A DNA stretch of 64,000 nt from Eukaryota sp. GEM-RC1 (lineage: Eukaryota), in NCBI GenBank assembly GCA_040285855.1, contig JAUFOQ010000001.1, positions 1,116,001-1,180,000 on the forward strand. The letters are read 5' to 3'. The position numbers and the translations under genes were made by a program. Below the pieces are notes generated by a model, which was given only the letters and a program-made list of their open reading frames with translations, searched no databases and was not told the origin of the DNA. This document shows positions 36,731-49,492 of this stretch, piece after piece; positions within the stretch are counted from its first letter, which is position 1; every line of letters starts with the position of its first letter.

Positions 36731-39700
36731 ATGACTCGTACACCCAATTATAGCATCACCGATGGTAACAGCGCTGCTGCTCATAGCGCTCATCTCTGTT
36801 CAGATGTGTTCATGATCTATCCCATTACGCCTTCTACCCAGGGAAATGAACTAGCGGATGCCTGGAGCTCTGCTGGAAGAAAGAACATCTTTGATGAAGT
36901 CCCCGAAGTTTATGAAATGCAAGCTGAAGGTATATTACATCTCAATCGATCTCATCAACAGGTGGAGTTGCGGCTTCCCTTCATGGAGCAGCGATCACTG
37001 GATCCCTCACCACAACATTTACCTCAAGTCAAGGTCTTTTGCTCATGATTCCCAATATGTACAAAATGGTCGGAGAACGTGCCCCCGCTGTGTTCCATAT
37101 CGCATCTCGTCAAATTTTCTCTTTTGCTGGAGCTTTAAACTGTGATCATTCCGATATTTACAATGCTAGAACTACAAACATCGCCATGTTGTCTTCCAAC
37201 TCTGTTCAAGAAGTTGCCGATAACGCCTTCATTGCTCATTGGGCTGCAGTTAAAGGTCAACACCCCTTCCTCCACTTCTATGATGGTCTCCGCACCAGTC
37301 ATGAGTTCCATAAGATTGATCTTCTAGAACCCGAAGTCGTCCGTGAGAATTTCCCCGTTGCTGAAGCAGAAGAGTGGAGATATAAGTCTGCCATTAAGAA
37401 CAACGATCCCACTATCTCTGGATCTGGCTGTAACAATGACTTATGGTGGCAAATCTGTGAGGCTCAAATGCCTGACCGTAGAAACCTCCCCAATGTTGTT
37501 GAACAAGGAATGGATGTCTTATACAACATTACTGGAAGAAGATATCATCTCTTTAACTACTACGGTCATCCTGAAGCTGAACACATCATTGTCATGATGG
37601 GAAGTGGTGCTTCCACTGCTCAAGAAGTTGTTGAGTTCCTTGCAAGTAAGGGTGAACGTGTTGGTTTAGTCGCCGTCCATCTCTTTAGACCCTTCTCTGT
37701 TGAACATCTCTTGAAAGTTGTCCCCAAGACTGTCAAGCGTGTTTGTGTCCTCGACAAAGCTAAGGAGAACGCTGCTGCTGATCCTCTTTGTTTAGATGTT
37801 CAAATGGCTTTCTCAAAGGCTGCTGACGATGGTCTCATAGAACGTCCCATGGTTGTAGGAGGTGAGTATGGAATCTGTGGATGGGAATTCCAACCCAAAC
37901 ACGTGCTTGCAGTGTTGGAGAATCTCAAAACTGAAAAACCCCGCACTCGCTTCATTGTTGGACCTATTGATGACGTTTCCAATACTTCTTTGGACTTACC
38001 CAAGCAAATCCCTGTTACTCTTCCCCAAGGAACTACTGAATGTATCTTTTGGAGTTTGGGTGGTGATGGAACTATTGGTGCTAATAGAGCTGCTTGTGAT
38101 ATCATTGGTACTAACACTGATTTCTACTCTCAAGCTTATTTTGCTTTCTCTCCCAAGAAAACTGGTGGTGAAGCTGTTTCCTTCCTTCGATTCGGACCAT
38201 CTCCCATTCAGTCTACCTACGAGTGTACTAGTGCTAACTACATTGCTGTTCACAAGGCTGCTTTGTTGCACGCTTTCCCTAATATGTTAGCTCCCATTAG
38301 AGAAGGTGGAGTGTTTGTTCTTAACTGCCCCTGGAAGACTAGCGCTGAACTCGCTTTGAACGTACCTGCTCATCATTTGAAGATGTTGGCTGAGAAGAAA
38401 GCTAAGGTTTACACTATTGATGCTACTATGGTTGCTGAACAAGTTGGACTCAGAGGCCGTGTTAACAATGTGTTGCAATCTGTCTTTTCAAACTTTCTCA
38501 AGTTCTCCCCATTGAGCAAGCTTTGTCTCTTCTAAAAGACTCTGTCACCAAGACTTATGCTCGTAAAGGTGATGATGTCGTTCAAATGAACATCCAGGCT
38601 ATTGACCAATCATTAGAACACTTAGTTGAGATTGAAGTTGATCCTAAATGGGCTGATGGTTCTAGCTTTGTCCATACTGATATTGAAGGTGCTCCTGAGA
38701 TCTTCAATGACGTATTCCTCCGCGCTCAACGTAAGTTAGCTCAGGATATCCCTGTTTCTAAGGTTATGTCCCTTGTTGATGGTAAGTATCCCACTGATAC
38801 CTCTAAGCATGAACGTAGAAGAGTCGGACTCACTGCACCAACATGGGATTCTACTTCTTGTATCAGTTGTAATGCTTGTGTTAACGCTTGTCCTCATCAA
38901 TCTATCAGAAACTTTGCCGTCTCTGAGGAACAAAAGGCTGATCTCCCAGAAGGATTTGTCACTACTCCCCTCAAGGGTAAGAAGAACTTGGAGCACAGAA
39001 TCCAAGTAGCCCCCAATGATTGCTTAGGATGTACTGTCTGTACCACTGTCTGCCCCAAGAACTGTTTAACCATGGAACCTACTCAGGAAGTTGCTGAGAA
39101 GGAGGAACAAAACTGGGATTATGCTATTGAGAAACTTGACAATGAAAAGCTTGGACTTGGAAATAACAAGAACTACAAGGATCTTGGTTTCAAGGAGCCT
39201 TATCTATTCTCCTCAGGTGCTTGTATGGGATGTAACCAACCCGTAATCACTGCTGTTTTGTACAGAATGTTTGGTCAATCTGTTGTTCTTGCTCAAGCTG
39301 TTGGTTGTTCAATGGTCTGGCAGAACTTTGCTCCTATCTCTGCTACTGGAAGAGATAAGAAGGGTCATGGACCAACTCTTTCCACTTCTTTGTTTGAGGA
39401 TAACGCTGAGTTTGCCTTTGGAATGTACGTTGGTACTGAGAGAAGAAGAAAGCGTCTTTTAACAGCTGCTGAACAGTTCTCGACTAAGAACACTGGTGAG
39501 TTTGCTGAACTAGTCGGAAAATGGACTGGTTCATTTAATGATCTCTATCAATCAAAAGAGATTGGTGACGTGATCCTCGAGAAGCTCCCCACTCAAGACA
39601 CTTCTGATAAGTTCATTAAGTTACTCAATGATGAGCAAGATCTCCTTGGTAAGAAGGTCTATGCTTGTATTGGAGGTGATGGCTGGGCTAACGATATCGA

Positions 39701-40292
39701 TGTTCATGGTCTCTTACATGTGTTGGCCTCTGGTGCTAACATTAAGGTCATTGTCTTTGATACTGAGGTCTACTCTAACACTGGTGGACAAGCTTCCAAG
39801 GCTACTCCTCAAGGAGCTTCTGGTAAGTTCATTATGGGTGGAAACAAGAGAAGCAAGATGGATATTGCCCAAATGGTCACTTCATTTGGAAATGTTTATG
39901 TTGGTTCTATCTCTTCTGGTTATGATATGAACCACACCATCAAGACTATTCGTGAAGCTGTCGAGTATGATGGTCCTGCTCTTGTTGTAGCTTTGACTCC
40001 TTGTATTGCTTGGGGTGTTGATCTTTCAAACTCTGTGTCTATTATGAAGGAAGCAGTAGAAACAGGCTTTTGGCCTCTGTATCGTTTTGACCCACGTTTA
40101 AAGGGCAAAAAGAACCCCCTTCAAGTTGATTATAAGAAGGAGCTCAAGCCTTTACAGCCATTCTTGGCTAAGCAAGGTCGTTTCTCTGGTCTTCAACGTT
40201 CTAATGAGAAGGTTGCTACTGAACTTCAAGGTGAGTTGGAGAAGCATGTTGTAGAGAGACATCAACGATTATTGACGTTGTCTCAATTGTAG
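36731..40292 (+). CDS. PFO: Pyruvate (2-oxoacid):ferredoxin oxidoreductase, single chain; intron 36930-36961; missing T near 38486
   Basis: DGN.A, YPITPS; spliced MQAEGGVAASLHGA..TTFTSSQGLLLMIPNMYK; GLRTSHE, LGGDGTIGAN, two CxxCxxCxxxCP ferredoxin motifs, GACMGC, GGDGW, DTEVYSNTGGQ. Confidence 0.96.
36930..36961 (+). other. 32-nt spliceosomal intron
   Basis: GTATATTACATCTCAATCGATCTCATCAACAG; removal restores the conserved PFO motif in frame. Confidence 0.9.
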
Positions 40293-40424
40293 ATTATATT
40301 TTCTTTTTCTAAATATATGTATATCCATTGTTGTTATGGTTATCATCTCTATTGATAGTTAGTGGACAATGAATGAAATTAAGTTGGTTTATAATCTATG
40401 ATTCTCATACTATGATAATCTACA

Positions 40425-43400
40425 CTACTTCTTCTCCTTCTTCGAACCAGTTCTTCTTCGAGTTCTCTTAGCTATGGGAGTCTTGTTAGGATTGGCTTTT
40501 GAGGATGATCTCTTTCTCTGGTCTATACAAGGATGATTATTATTTTTCTTAAACGCCATAAATGCCTTAGTGTTTTTAATACTTGAAGTAGCAACTGCAG
40601 TGATATCTCCTCCATACCATAATACAGAACACATTGGTCCTTCAGGTGAGTCGAATTGATCCAACACTTCTGTGATGACATGTTCTTCCTTATCACCAGC
40701 TGCAACTTGTTGGTGGATGCCATGATCTGATGGAAGGTCAGAATGGTAGAGTTTGCATTGATGTACACTAGCTTGGGATTCAATGCCAGATACAAGGTTC
40801 TTGATTTTCAAGGATGATGGTGAAAGGAGCTCGATGACCAGGAATGGGCCAGAGTGTTTGCCATGAAGCTTTGTAGCAGTCTTAGAGGATCTGAGGATCA
40901 GATCGCCCATTTCAAATGGGTTTGATTTATTGGACTTAGGGGGTCTCTTTGAGGACTGATTGCTACTTGCTGATTCTTGCCTTTCCCGGATTCTCTCGTT
41001 TTTTCTTTGAAGGTCTTCGATAAAAGGGATACTTAAATTGGAAGCTTCGAGGGCTCTGAGTATGATACTAGGATCTGCTTTAGGCCCAAAAGAGGACCCA
41101 AACATTAGTTCATAAGGGGTGTGTTCAGTGTAACGATTCTTTGTTGCGTTTAGCTGGAGTTGTAAGAAGGGAAGGTATAAGGTCCAGTTGTCGAATGTTC
41201 CAAAGTCGATTAGGAAACGTTGAAGATTTCTTAAGACATCGCGATGACGTCTCTCGACCAACCCGTTAGATTGAGAAAAGTGGGGGATGGATGTTGTGTT
41301 ATCAATTGCCAGCAGTTGACAGACTGCGTTGAATGTTGCGTTGGCAAATTCAGGACCGTTGTCGCTGTGGATGGAGTAGGGGATACCGAATATACCACAG
41401 ACGTTGAACACGAGTGCATATGCAACTTCTTTAGCGTTCAGTTCATTGATTGGGGCTAATATAGTGAATCTTGTGAAAGAATCTACAAATACTAGGATGT
41501 AACGGTTGCCTTCAGTGTCAGGGGATGATGGACCTATTGTGTCTACATTAACTTTGGCGAATGGTTTATCGGCCCAAAGTGATCCTGAGTGAGGGATTTG
41601 ATCCCCTTTTGACAGGGGATGTCTTTTAGCATGAGGGACAGCTCTTGATATGATTGACTAGATCGTCTTTCATGTTAAGCCACCAGTAGTCGCTGTCGTT
41701 AAGGTTTTTAACTGAAGTTGCTATACTGGGATGACCAGATTGTACTAATCCATGGATGTTGAGCAGGGCGGATTTCCTGAGGGACAAAGGGATCAGGATT
41801 TTTTTGTCGTTGGTTAGATATAACTGTACTCTATCGTTGAATGTTGTGTTGTTGAAGAGGGGTTCGTTTGACTCAATCGCTTTGAATTGTTCGGAACGGA
41901 TTCTGCTCAACCAATTGCTGAAGATTGGGAGATCTCTTTGTGCAACTTCACGGAGACTGTTAATTGAGGGGAGATCGGTGTGATCAATACTTGTAACGGC
42001 TACTGGATCATCAGTAGGTTGTGCAGCGGGTTGCTGGGTGGGAGATTGGTGAGGACATAACCGTGAGAGCATGTCTGCCCAGTGGTTGTCAACTCCAGAT
42101 GTGTGTACGATGTCGAATTGGTATTCTGAAAGTACGAAGACCCATCTTTTAACCATTCTGTTTTTATCGACACACGAAATGAGATATGTTAGGTTCTTGT
42201 GATCTGTGAAGATTGTAGGGTGCCTAGTCTTGAGGAAGTTGGACAAACTTGACTCAGTCAAGATGATGAGGATGGCATAAAGCTCTTTCTGGATGGTTGC
42301 CCAGTTGAGCTGAGAATCGGACAGAATACGGCTGAAGAAACTAATAGGTTGAACCTTTCGTTTTATCAATGGTGTACCTGGTGGACTTGGAGAGATTTCG
42401 TTCCAGATGACACCTCCAACAGCAAGGTCAGAAGCGTCTGCGCTAATGAGGATGTTACTATTGGGCCAGGAAGGTCGAGTGGTATTTGATGGACTATCAA
42501 ATTTTTGATTGAATCAAAAGCTCGTTGGTGTTTGTGTTCCCATTTCACGCTTTTAGGTTTTCCTTTGGTCAGGGCGATAATTGGGGCTAACAATTGGGAG
42601 ATTCCTGGTAACCAGTCTCTGATGTAGTTGATTGAACCTACGAGGCTTTTTACATCTTTCACTGTCTTGGGATTTGGGATTTCAAGGACAGCTTTGATTC
42701 TGACATCATCGATTAATCTGGTTTTGTTGTGGAAAATACTGCATAATATCTTGATTGGGTGTTTGTGGGTTACAAACTTCCACTTGTGGATGCCGAGGGT
42801 TACTCTAGCGGATTGTGTTTTATTGAAAACTGCTCGGAGTCGAGTTATAAATTCATCGAACACTGAAGCTATAACTATGATATCATCCAGATAGATGAAG
42901 ACTCCATCCATTGCGAAGATCCCTGTCATCAGGTTTTGAAAAATTGCTGGTACATTTTTCAGGCCGAATGGAGCTCTGGTGAACTTAATTGTCCTGCCAG
43001 GGATTGATAAAGCATTTTTGTCCATATCTTTTGGAGCAACTTTGAGTTTCCAAAAGGCCTTGGGGAGATCGAGGGTTGCAGTGAAGTTTGCTGCTGGTAA
43101 GAATGTAATCACATCAGCGATGTTGGGCAGGTCGGATGCTATCGGGATTGTTGAATCGTTAACACCTCCTGTTCCACTGTAGTCTCCAGTCAGACGTGGT
43201 TTCCTATGATCAGGGTACGTGACGAGTACTACAGGGCTTGAGAACTTAGATTGTGGGGATGACACGGCGAAACCTTGTTCGATAAGTTCGTCGAAGATGC
43301 CATTGGCGATCTTTAGCTTCTAAGGATTGAAGTAGCGTGGTTTCCTTTTGACGACAGTTGATTCGTCGTGGAAGGGTATTTCCATTGGGGAACAATCTAT

Positions 43401-44081
43401 TCCATCAGGATGAGGAGTCGACTGGAATATGATCCTGAATTCTTCTAAGAGGAATGTGAGCTCTTCCTCTAGAAGTTGATTGTCTAGTTCGATTGTGCAA
43501 CCGGATTCAACTGGATTGAATGATGTGGAATGATCGGTGTGTCTGGACCTCACTGGTGTGTGTGTGCTCATTAGGTGATCGAATTCCGATTCATCTTTCA
43601 AGATGGTGTTATGTTCTTTATCTAGTCTAATGACTAGGCTGTCCTCTGTCAACAGCCCTAATCTGTTTAATAAATCGATTCCGATGAGCATTGTTTTATT
43701 ACCGGTAACAATAGGGAAGGAGTGATCTATATATACTAGGTTAGCTGCGCTATTGAGCTGGAAAGTAAGAACACCTTTGGCTGTGCCTAAGGACGATGTA
43801 CGGATGCCATTTGCAGTGATGTAGGAGATTGTTTCCTGTGAGGTGTTCATCTTGCAGAGATCGACTAAGTCTTGAGTGATGACGGAGAGTTGTGCGCCTG
43901 AATCTATGGTTCCGGATATTGAAACATCGTTAACAGACATTTTCAGGGCAATGAATTTGTCTTGGTTGTTGCGAGTTATACTCATAATCCTGGGTGTATC
44001 ATTGAGGATTTCGCTGATAGGATTGTTGAGTGTGTGTGAGGTGTAAGATGGTGTCGAAGTTGTCGACAAAAATTCAAACAA
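40425..44081 (-). mobile_element. Degenerate Ty3/gypsy pol (protease, RT, RNase H, integrase, chromo-like tail)
   Basis: IDSGA, PFGLKN, YLDD, TDHKNL, H..H..CPSC, SDNG, SNGLVER, GPF, EEHVITEVLD..VLW. Stops at about 43320 and 41626 plus frameshifts. No LTRs recognised. Confidence 0.92.
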
Positions 44082-45799
44082 TTATCATTTTTATTACGCT
44101 TTAAATCTACATTACCACTACCGGATCTGCGCTTTCTTTCTACACCTCGTATTTTCATTCTGATTCTAGATTCAAGATCAGATGGTTCAGTTGAGTCTGT
44201 TGATTTTAATATTCGTCTCCAGTACGTGAATTATGGAAAGCAATCTGCAACTCAACACTTGTGGAAAATAGATAGAGTAAACTGGTGGCATTGTCTTTTC
44301 ACGTTCAAAATTTCTAAGTCTCTGTGTTGACAATAACAATAACAACATTGGTTTATGTTTCAATCTCTAAGTGGAGTTGATAAGATGGTGGTATAACTCT
44401 GATAGGGTCCTAATTAGTTTGGTCCATTATTTAAATTTTGTATTGGATCAATTATTTTGTACTTCAGTGACATCCACAAAGTTTGAGTACAGAGCTCGAA
44501 TTGAGTTCCTGTTCCAAAATCATAGTTGTTAATTTTACCACAACTCACAAATTGAGAACACAATGAATGTAATGTATAATGTCTTAGATTCAATTTTCCA
44601 TGTTTAAGTGGAGATAAATATAGTCTTACATTCTGTGCGGATGTTGTCAAAATGTCAGATCCAGTGTGTTGTTCAAGTATGTTGGAAGATGCCCCTGTGG
44701 TTGTTGAGTTCTCCAAACAATACTTTAGAGCTTTTCTGAAAATATTAAATGTTTGTAGACGATAAGACAAAAATCAAAATCAAAGTTATGAAACTCTAGA
44801 CATGGAAAATTCCTGGTCAGCAGTACCACAGTTCTTATACAATTTAGTAGTAATTGATTTAACACATTTGGACATCGAAAGAGAAGCAATCAAACGATTA
44901 TGCCAAATTGACAAGTTGAATCTCTTATTCTGATGTTAACCTTTAGATCCAAAATCACCTGAAAACTGAGGAGCCATTTCAGCAATATTACCAAAAATAA
45001 ATATTGATATTCTCCCAAATTTAATATTTTATGTCGTTCTAATTGAAAGCTCTTTATTGGATCTGTATGGATTTATCGAATGTTGTTTGCGCTTTCCAGA
45101 TGCATCCCGAAGTATTGAAAATCCATTAATTCCAAGTTGTATAGAGTCAGTTCTCGTGTTGATATGGAGAATTTAACTTCTTGCATTTTCTAACTTAATA
45201 TGGATTAATCTACTGGTGCAAGTATATTTTTGGTATTTACTCCAAGTTTATTCTACTACTCATCACCTTCAGAACCACTTCCAAGTAACACTTAGTTAGA
45301 CGATTCCAGGGGCTGTAAGACTTGGAGATGTCCCAACAACCTGTCACATTTGAATAGTTTATGCATTTGACAACACAGTTGCATAAAGATAATTCAATAT
45401 ATTAATTTTAGTGATGACTTGAATCAATGAGTCGATCCTAGCTTTATCTATATTCTGTTTGTATCAATTGGTAACAAATACCTTTAATGGAATCAAGTGT
45501 ATGATCGTAGTACCCATGTAGCACATTTTTTCCCTTGGACAACTAGGGAATGGAGATGCATCAGGCCACAGTAAATCAGGTGGTAAATTAATGTTCTATT
45601 TCATTAAATCCTTGTAGAACAGAACTTGTCTGTCACGCGAAACACTTGTAAATTGTACTGTTTCTAGGACCAATGATAGCACACGACAAAAACTTCGTAA
45701 GAAACACATCGATACGGACAGACGTATCCGAAATCAGTCCACTTGTTGTAGTGTTGGCTTTGAATCAAGTTTTTGGGAATGTCAGATCCTTTCCTTTTC

Positions 45800-47161
45800 A
45801 TGTCATTCTCCCTTCTACCAACAGAAACTCTCAGCTGCATCCTCACTGACCCCTCGTTCTCTGATCAAACCATTTCTTTTGGGGAGGAGTCTATTGAAGT
45901 GAACAAAACTGTTCTTGCTGCGAGTTCTACCTACTTTCACTCTCTCTGGTTCTTGGAGTTTGGAGATAAACATGTTAACCCCATTGACTTCTCTCATCTT
46001 CCCGGGAGTTCCGCCACTTTCTTTTCCTTCATCAAATCTTTCTACGGAAAGCCATTCACTCTCACCGATAATAATGCGTACCACTTCTTCTATCTAATCC
46101 ACTACTTCCAAGTGAACAAGTTGATTGACCAGTTTGAAAACCACTTAAAAACTCATCCCGTAACCTGGGCTTGGTTAAAACCATTCATTAAAGAAGCAAA
46201 TGAAAGAAATGACTTGAGAGCGCTGGAATTCGTTGGTCCTTTCTTTTCCAAGATTGATGACCTGTTGATTGATGATGTGATGGCAATGACTACTGAGGGG
46301 TTTAAATCGCTTGTAAAATACTGTACTTCTACTCAATCACTGTCATGGTTCATTAAATCAATGGTGAGCTCAATCCTCAATCAAAATTTCGATTTGAATG
46401 AGGTTCCCAATATTTTAAATTCTTGTTCAGTCGAAGCTCTCTCTTTACAACAATGGAAAGAGTATTTGTTTGTTCCTTTAAAACATGTAAAAGAATTGGA
46501 GACGGAGTTGATGAAGTTTTCTTATACAAGAGTTAATGATCGGTGTGTGGACTCTTTGTCGAAGGAAAATTCTGTCTTAAAAGATCAAAATTCCAAAACA
46601 ATTAAAGAAATTTCCAAATTACAACAAGAAATTGAACAATTAAAAAAGACAGCTACAGAAACTCAACTAGCACCTAAACAAATTAAATTGTCACAAACTA
46701 GAAAGTCATCTTTGTTACAAGTAAGTGACGATAGAAAGAGAGTTGATTTTGGTGAAAAATGTCACTCCCATGTAGAAGGAAATATCTTGGGAGAAGATCC
46801 ACTTCTTCCAGGTAATGTTTACACTTGGAAGTTGAGGTACCAGGGGAATACTGAAGCTCTTTTTGTTGGAGTCATTGACGAGTCAAAGTTTGCTGATGGT
46901 TGTGATTGTTTTGAGAAGGCTCACGGTATTTTAAATGATCATGGTAATTTTGAAGGTTGTCTCTCAGGAAACAAAACTCAGTGGAATCCTGGTGAATTAC
47001 TTGAAATCAATGCAAATCTTGTTAATTTTACTTTAACTATCAAATCCGTGAGTAATTCTTTAATTAATCTTTCTGGAAATCTTCCCACATTGAGTAGTGG
47101 TAATTATTATCCGTATATTGGATTTTGGTATGGTGACCATGAACTTGAAATCGTTGAATAA
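45800..47161 (+). CDS. BTB/POZ-coiled-coil-SPRY protein (intact)
   Basis: Uninterrupted ORF from ATG 45800; paralogous to 2425-3769. Confidence 0.9.
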   Translation: MSFSLLPTETLSCILTDPSFSDQTISFGEESIEVNKTVLAASSTYFHSLWFLEFGDKHVNPIDFSHLPGSSATFFSFIKSFYGKPFTLTDNNAYHFFYLIHYFQVNKLIDQFENHLKTHPVTWAWLKPFIKEANERNDLRALEFVGPFFSKIDDLLIDDVMAMTTEGFKSLVKYCTSTQSLSWFIKSMVSSILNQNFDLNEVPNILNSCSVEALSLQQWKEYLFVPLKHVKELETELMKFSYTRVNDRCVDSLSKENSVLKDQNSKTIKEISKLQQEIEQLKKTATETQLAPKQIKLSQTRKSSLLQVSDDRKRVDFGEKCHSHVEGNILGEDPLLPGNVYTWKLRYQGNTEALFVGVIDESKFADGCDCFEKAHGILNDHGNFEGCLSGNKTQWNPGELLEINANLVNFTLTIKSVSNSLINLSGNLPTLSSGNYYPYIGFWYGDHELEIVE

Positions 47162-47579
47162 AGTTGTCATTGTTAGTTTCTTCATTTAAAGTGTTGGTTC
47201 AAACTAATTTAAGAATTTTGAAACTAATTCGAGTAGAAAACAATACATAAATAATGTTGACCTCTATTTGATTATGATTTGCATGTTTTCATTTGAGATC
47301 TAGATGTAACTGGATAAAGACTTAAAACCATACTGTTCTTTAATTGTAAAATCTTCAATCATCATTTGTATTTATTAGAATTTTTTAGTTCTTTATAGAC
47401 AATCCCAGTTCTTACAGTACTTTACTGTTACTCCATCGTTGTACTATCTAACTTTCCCTTGTCAATCTCATGGTCACTTTTTTAAAATTGTCCAATTGAT
47501 TTCAATTTCTTTAAAGTAGTAGTCCTTGCATTTGTTGCGTCGTGTACTTTTTCATGTGGCAAACATACAAAAGTGGATG

Positions 47580-48130
47580 GAATGAATCTAAATGAGATCG
47601 CCAATCACAACTTCCCATTGCTGAGTGGTAACTAACCTTCTGGGAGATTTCAAACAACAAGTAAAAGACTTTCTTCAAGAAAGTGTAACACTCCACAACA
47701 AGAAAGGGAGAGACTAGGTGGAGAAAAAGTAAAAAGAAGAGTTATCATAATCCAAGGACGAGAAGTAGATCACGTGGAGGGAATGTAGTTGGAAGTCACA
47801 CAGACATTGGACACGTGGCAAGCAATAGGAGAGAGTGGAAAGAACAATGTACTAGTAGTAGAGTTCGCGATACAGAAGTACAACCATGTTTAGGATTCAG
47901 TAAGCAAACTTGAAGAAGATCAACATCGGAGATGTACAAATTGGAGAACCAAGCTCTGGAGATAGATTTGATACAGTTACTAGCATGCAATTCCTTGAGT
48001 AGTAATACATAAAGTGAAGTAGAAGGTAAGTGTTAGTATCATACAAGGTTGATAGCAGAGGTTTGTGTAAGTATCAGGTAAGGTTGAAGTTTACACCGCA
48101 AATACCATTTTAGACAAACGTGGACAAGTG
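47580..48130 (+). repeat. About 500-bp direct repeat upstream of BTB-SPRY copies (second copy about 54215-54670)
   Basis: Shared atctaaatgagatc, gagtggtaactaaccttctgg, agaagtagatcacgtggagg and aaataccattttagacaaacgtggaca. Confidence 0.8.
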
Positions 48131-48176
48131 GAAGTTATCAAGAATCAATGCCTTTCAATATCCTCAACACCATCAC

Positions 48177-49492
48177 ATGTCATTTTCTCTTCTACCAGCA
48201 GAAACTCTCAGCTGCATCCGACCCCTCGTTCTCTGATCAAACCATTTCTTTTGGGGAAGAGTCTATTGAAGTGAACAAAACTGTTCTTGCTGCGAGTTCT
48301 ACTTACTTTCACTCTCTCTGGTTCTTGGAGTTTGGAGATAAACACGATAACCCCATTGACTTCTCTCATCTTCCCGGGAGTTCCGCCACTTTCTTTTCTT
48401 TCATCAGATCCTTCTACGGAAAGCCATTCACTCTCCGACAGTAATGCGTACCACTTCTTCTATCTAATCCACTACTTTCAAGTGAACAAGTTGATTGACC
48501 AGTTTGAAAACCACCTAAAAACTCATCTCATGACCTGGGCTTGGTTGAAACCGTTCATTAAAGAAGCAAATGAACGAAATGACTTGAGAGCTTTGGAATT
48601 CGTTGGTCCTTTATTTTCTAAGATTGATGCCATATTGATTGATGACGTCATGGCAATCAGTACTGAAGGGTATAAAACTCTTGTAAAATACTGCACATCT
48701 ACTCAATCACTGTCATGGTTCATTAAATCAATGGTAAGCTCAATTCTCAATCAAAATTTCGATTTGAATGAAATTCCCAATATTTTAAATTCTTGTTCAG
48801 TCGAAGCTCTCTCTTTACAACAATGGAAAGAGTATTTATTTGCTCCTTTAAAACATGTAAAAGAATTGGAGACGGAGTTGATGAATTTTTCTTATACAAG
48901 AGTTAATGATCGTTGTGTGGACTCTTTGTCGAAAGAAAATTCTGATTTAAAGCAAGAAAATTCCAAAATCAAGAGAGAAATTGCCGAACTACAACGAGAA
49001 ATTGAAAAATTAAAAAGACTATTTCAAATATGATTGAATTCTCTCAAACTAGGAAACATTCTGAGTTACAAGTTAGTGGGGATGGAAAGAGAGTTGTTGT
49101 TGGAAGTAGTAGTTGGAGTGATAGAAATATCTTGGGAGAAGATCCACTTCTTCCAGGTAATGTGTATACTTGGAAGTTGAGGTACCAGGGGAGTAATAAT
49201 AGTCTTTTTGTTGGAGTCATTGACGAGTCAAAGTTTAGAGTTGATGGTGATTGTTGGAGTAATGTTCACTGTTTTGCCAATGGTACGACCATCACAGGTT
49301 GTCTCTCAGGAAACAGTGCTCAGTGGAATCCTGGTGAATTACTCGAAATCAATGCAAATCTAATCAATTTCACTTTAACAATCAAATCTGTGAGTAATTC
49401 TTCAAATAATCTTACTGGAACTCTTCCCAGATTAAGTAGTGGTAATTATTATCCATTTGCAAGGTTATATTGTACTTGAAATCGTTGAATAA
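48177..49492 (+). pseudogene. BTB-coiled-coil-SPRY copy with multiple small deletions and frameshifts
   Basis: Pieces in ORFs 48148-48444, 48287-49033 and 49030-49479; deletions near the start, at about 48435, about 49025 and before the stop. Confidence 0.85.

Noticed and set aside
44100..45600. Possible degraded non-LTR RT on the minus strand (LSPLKHGKLNL resembles LP...GGLG)
   Set aside because: Too degenerate to support a call.
40425..47161. Diversity-generating retroelement (RT next to variable-loop genes)
   Set aside because: The RTs are ordinary Ty3/gypsy and CRE-like types. No template/variable repeat pair differing only at adenines was seen, and loop variation includes indels.
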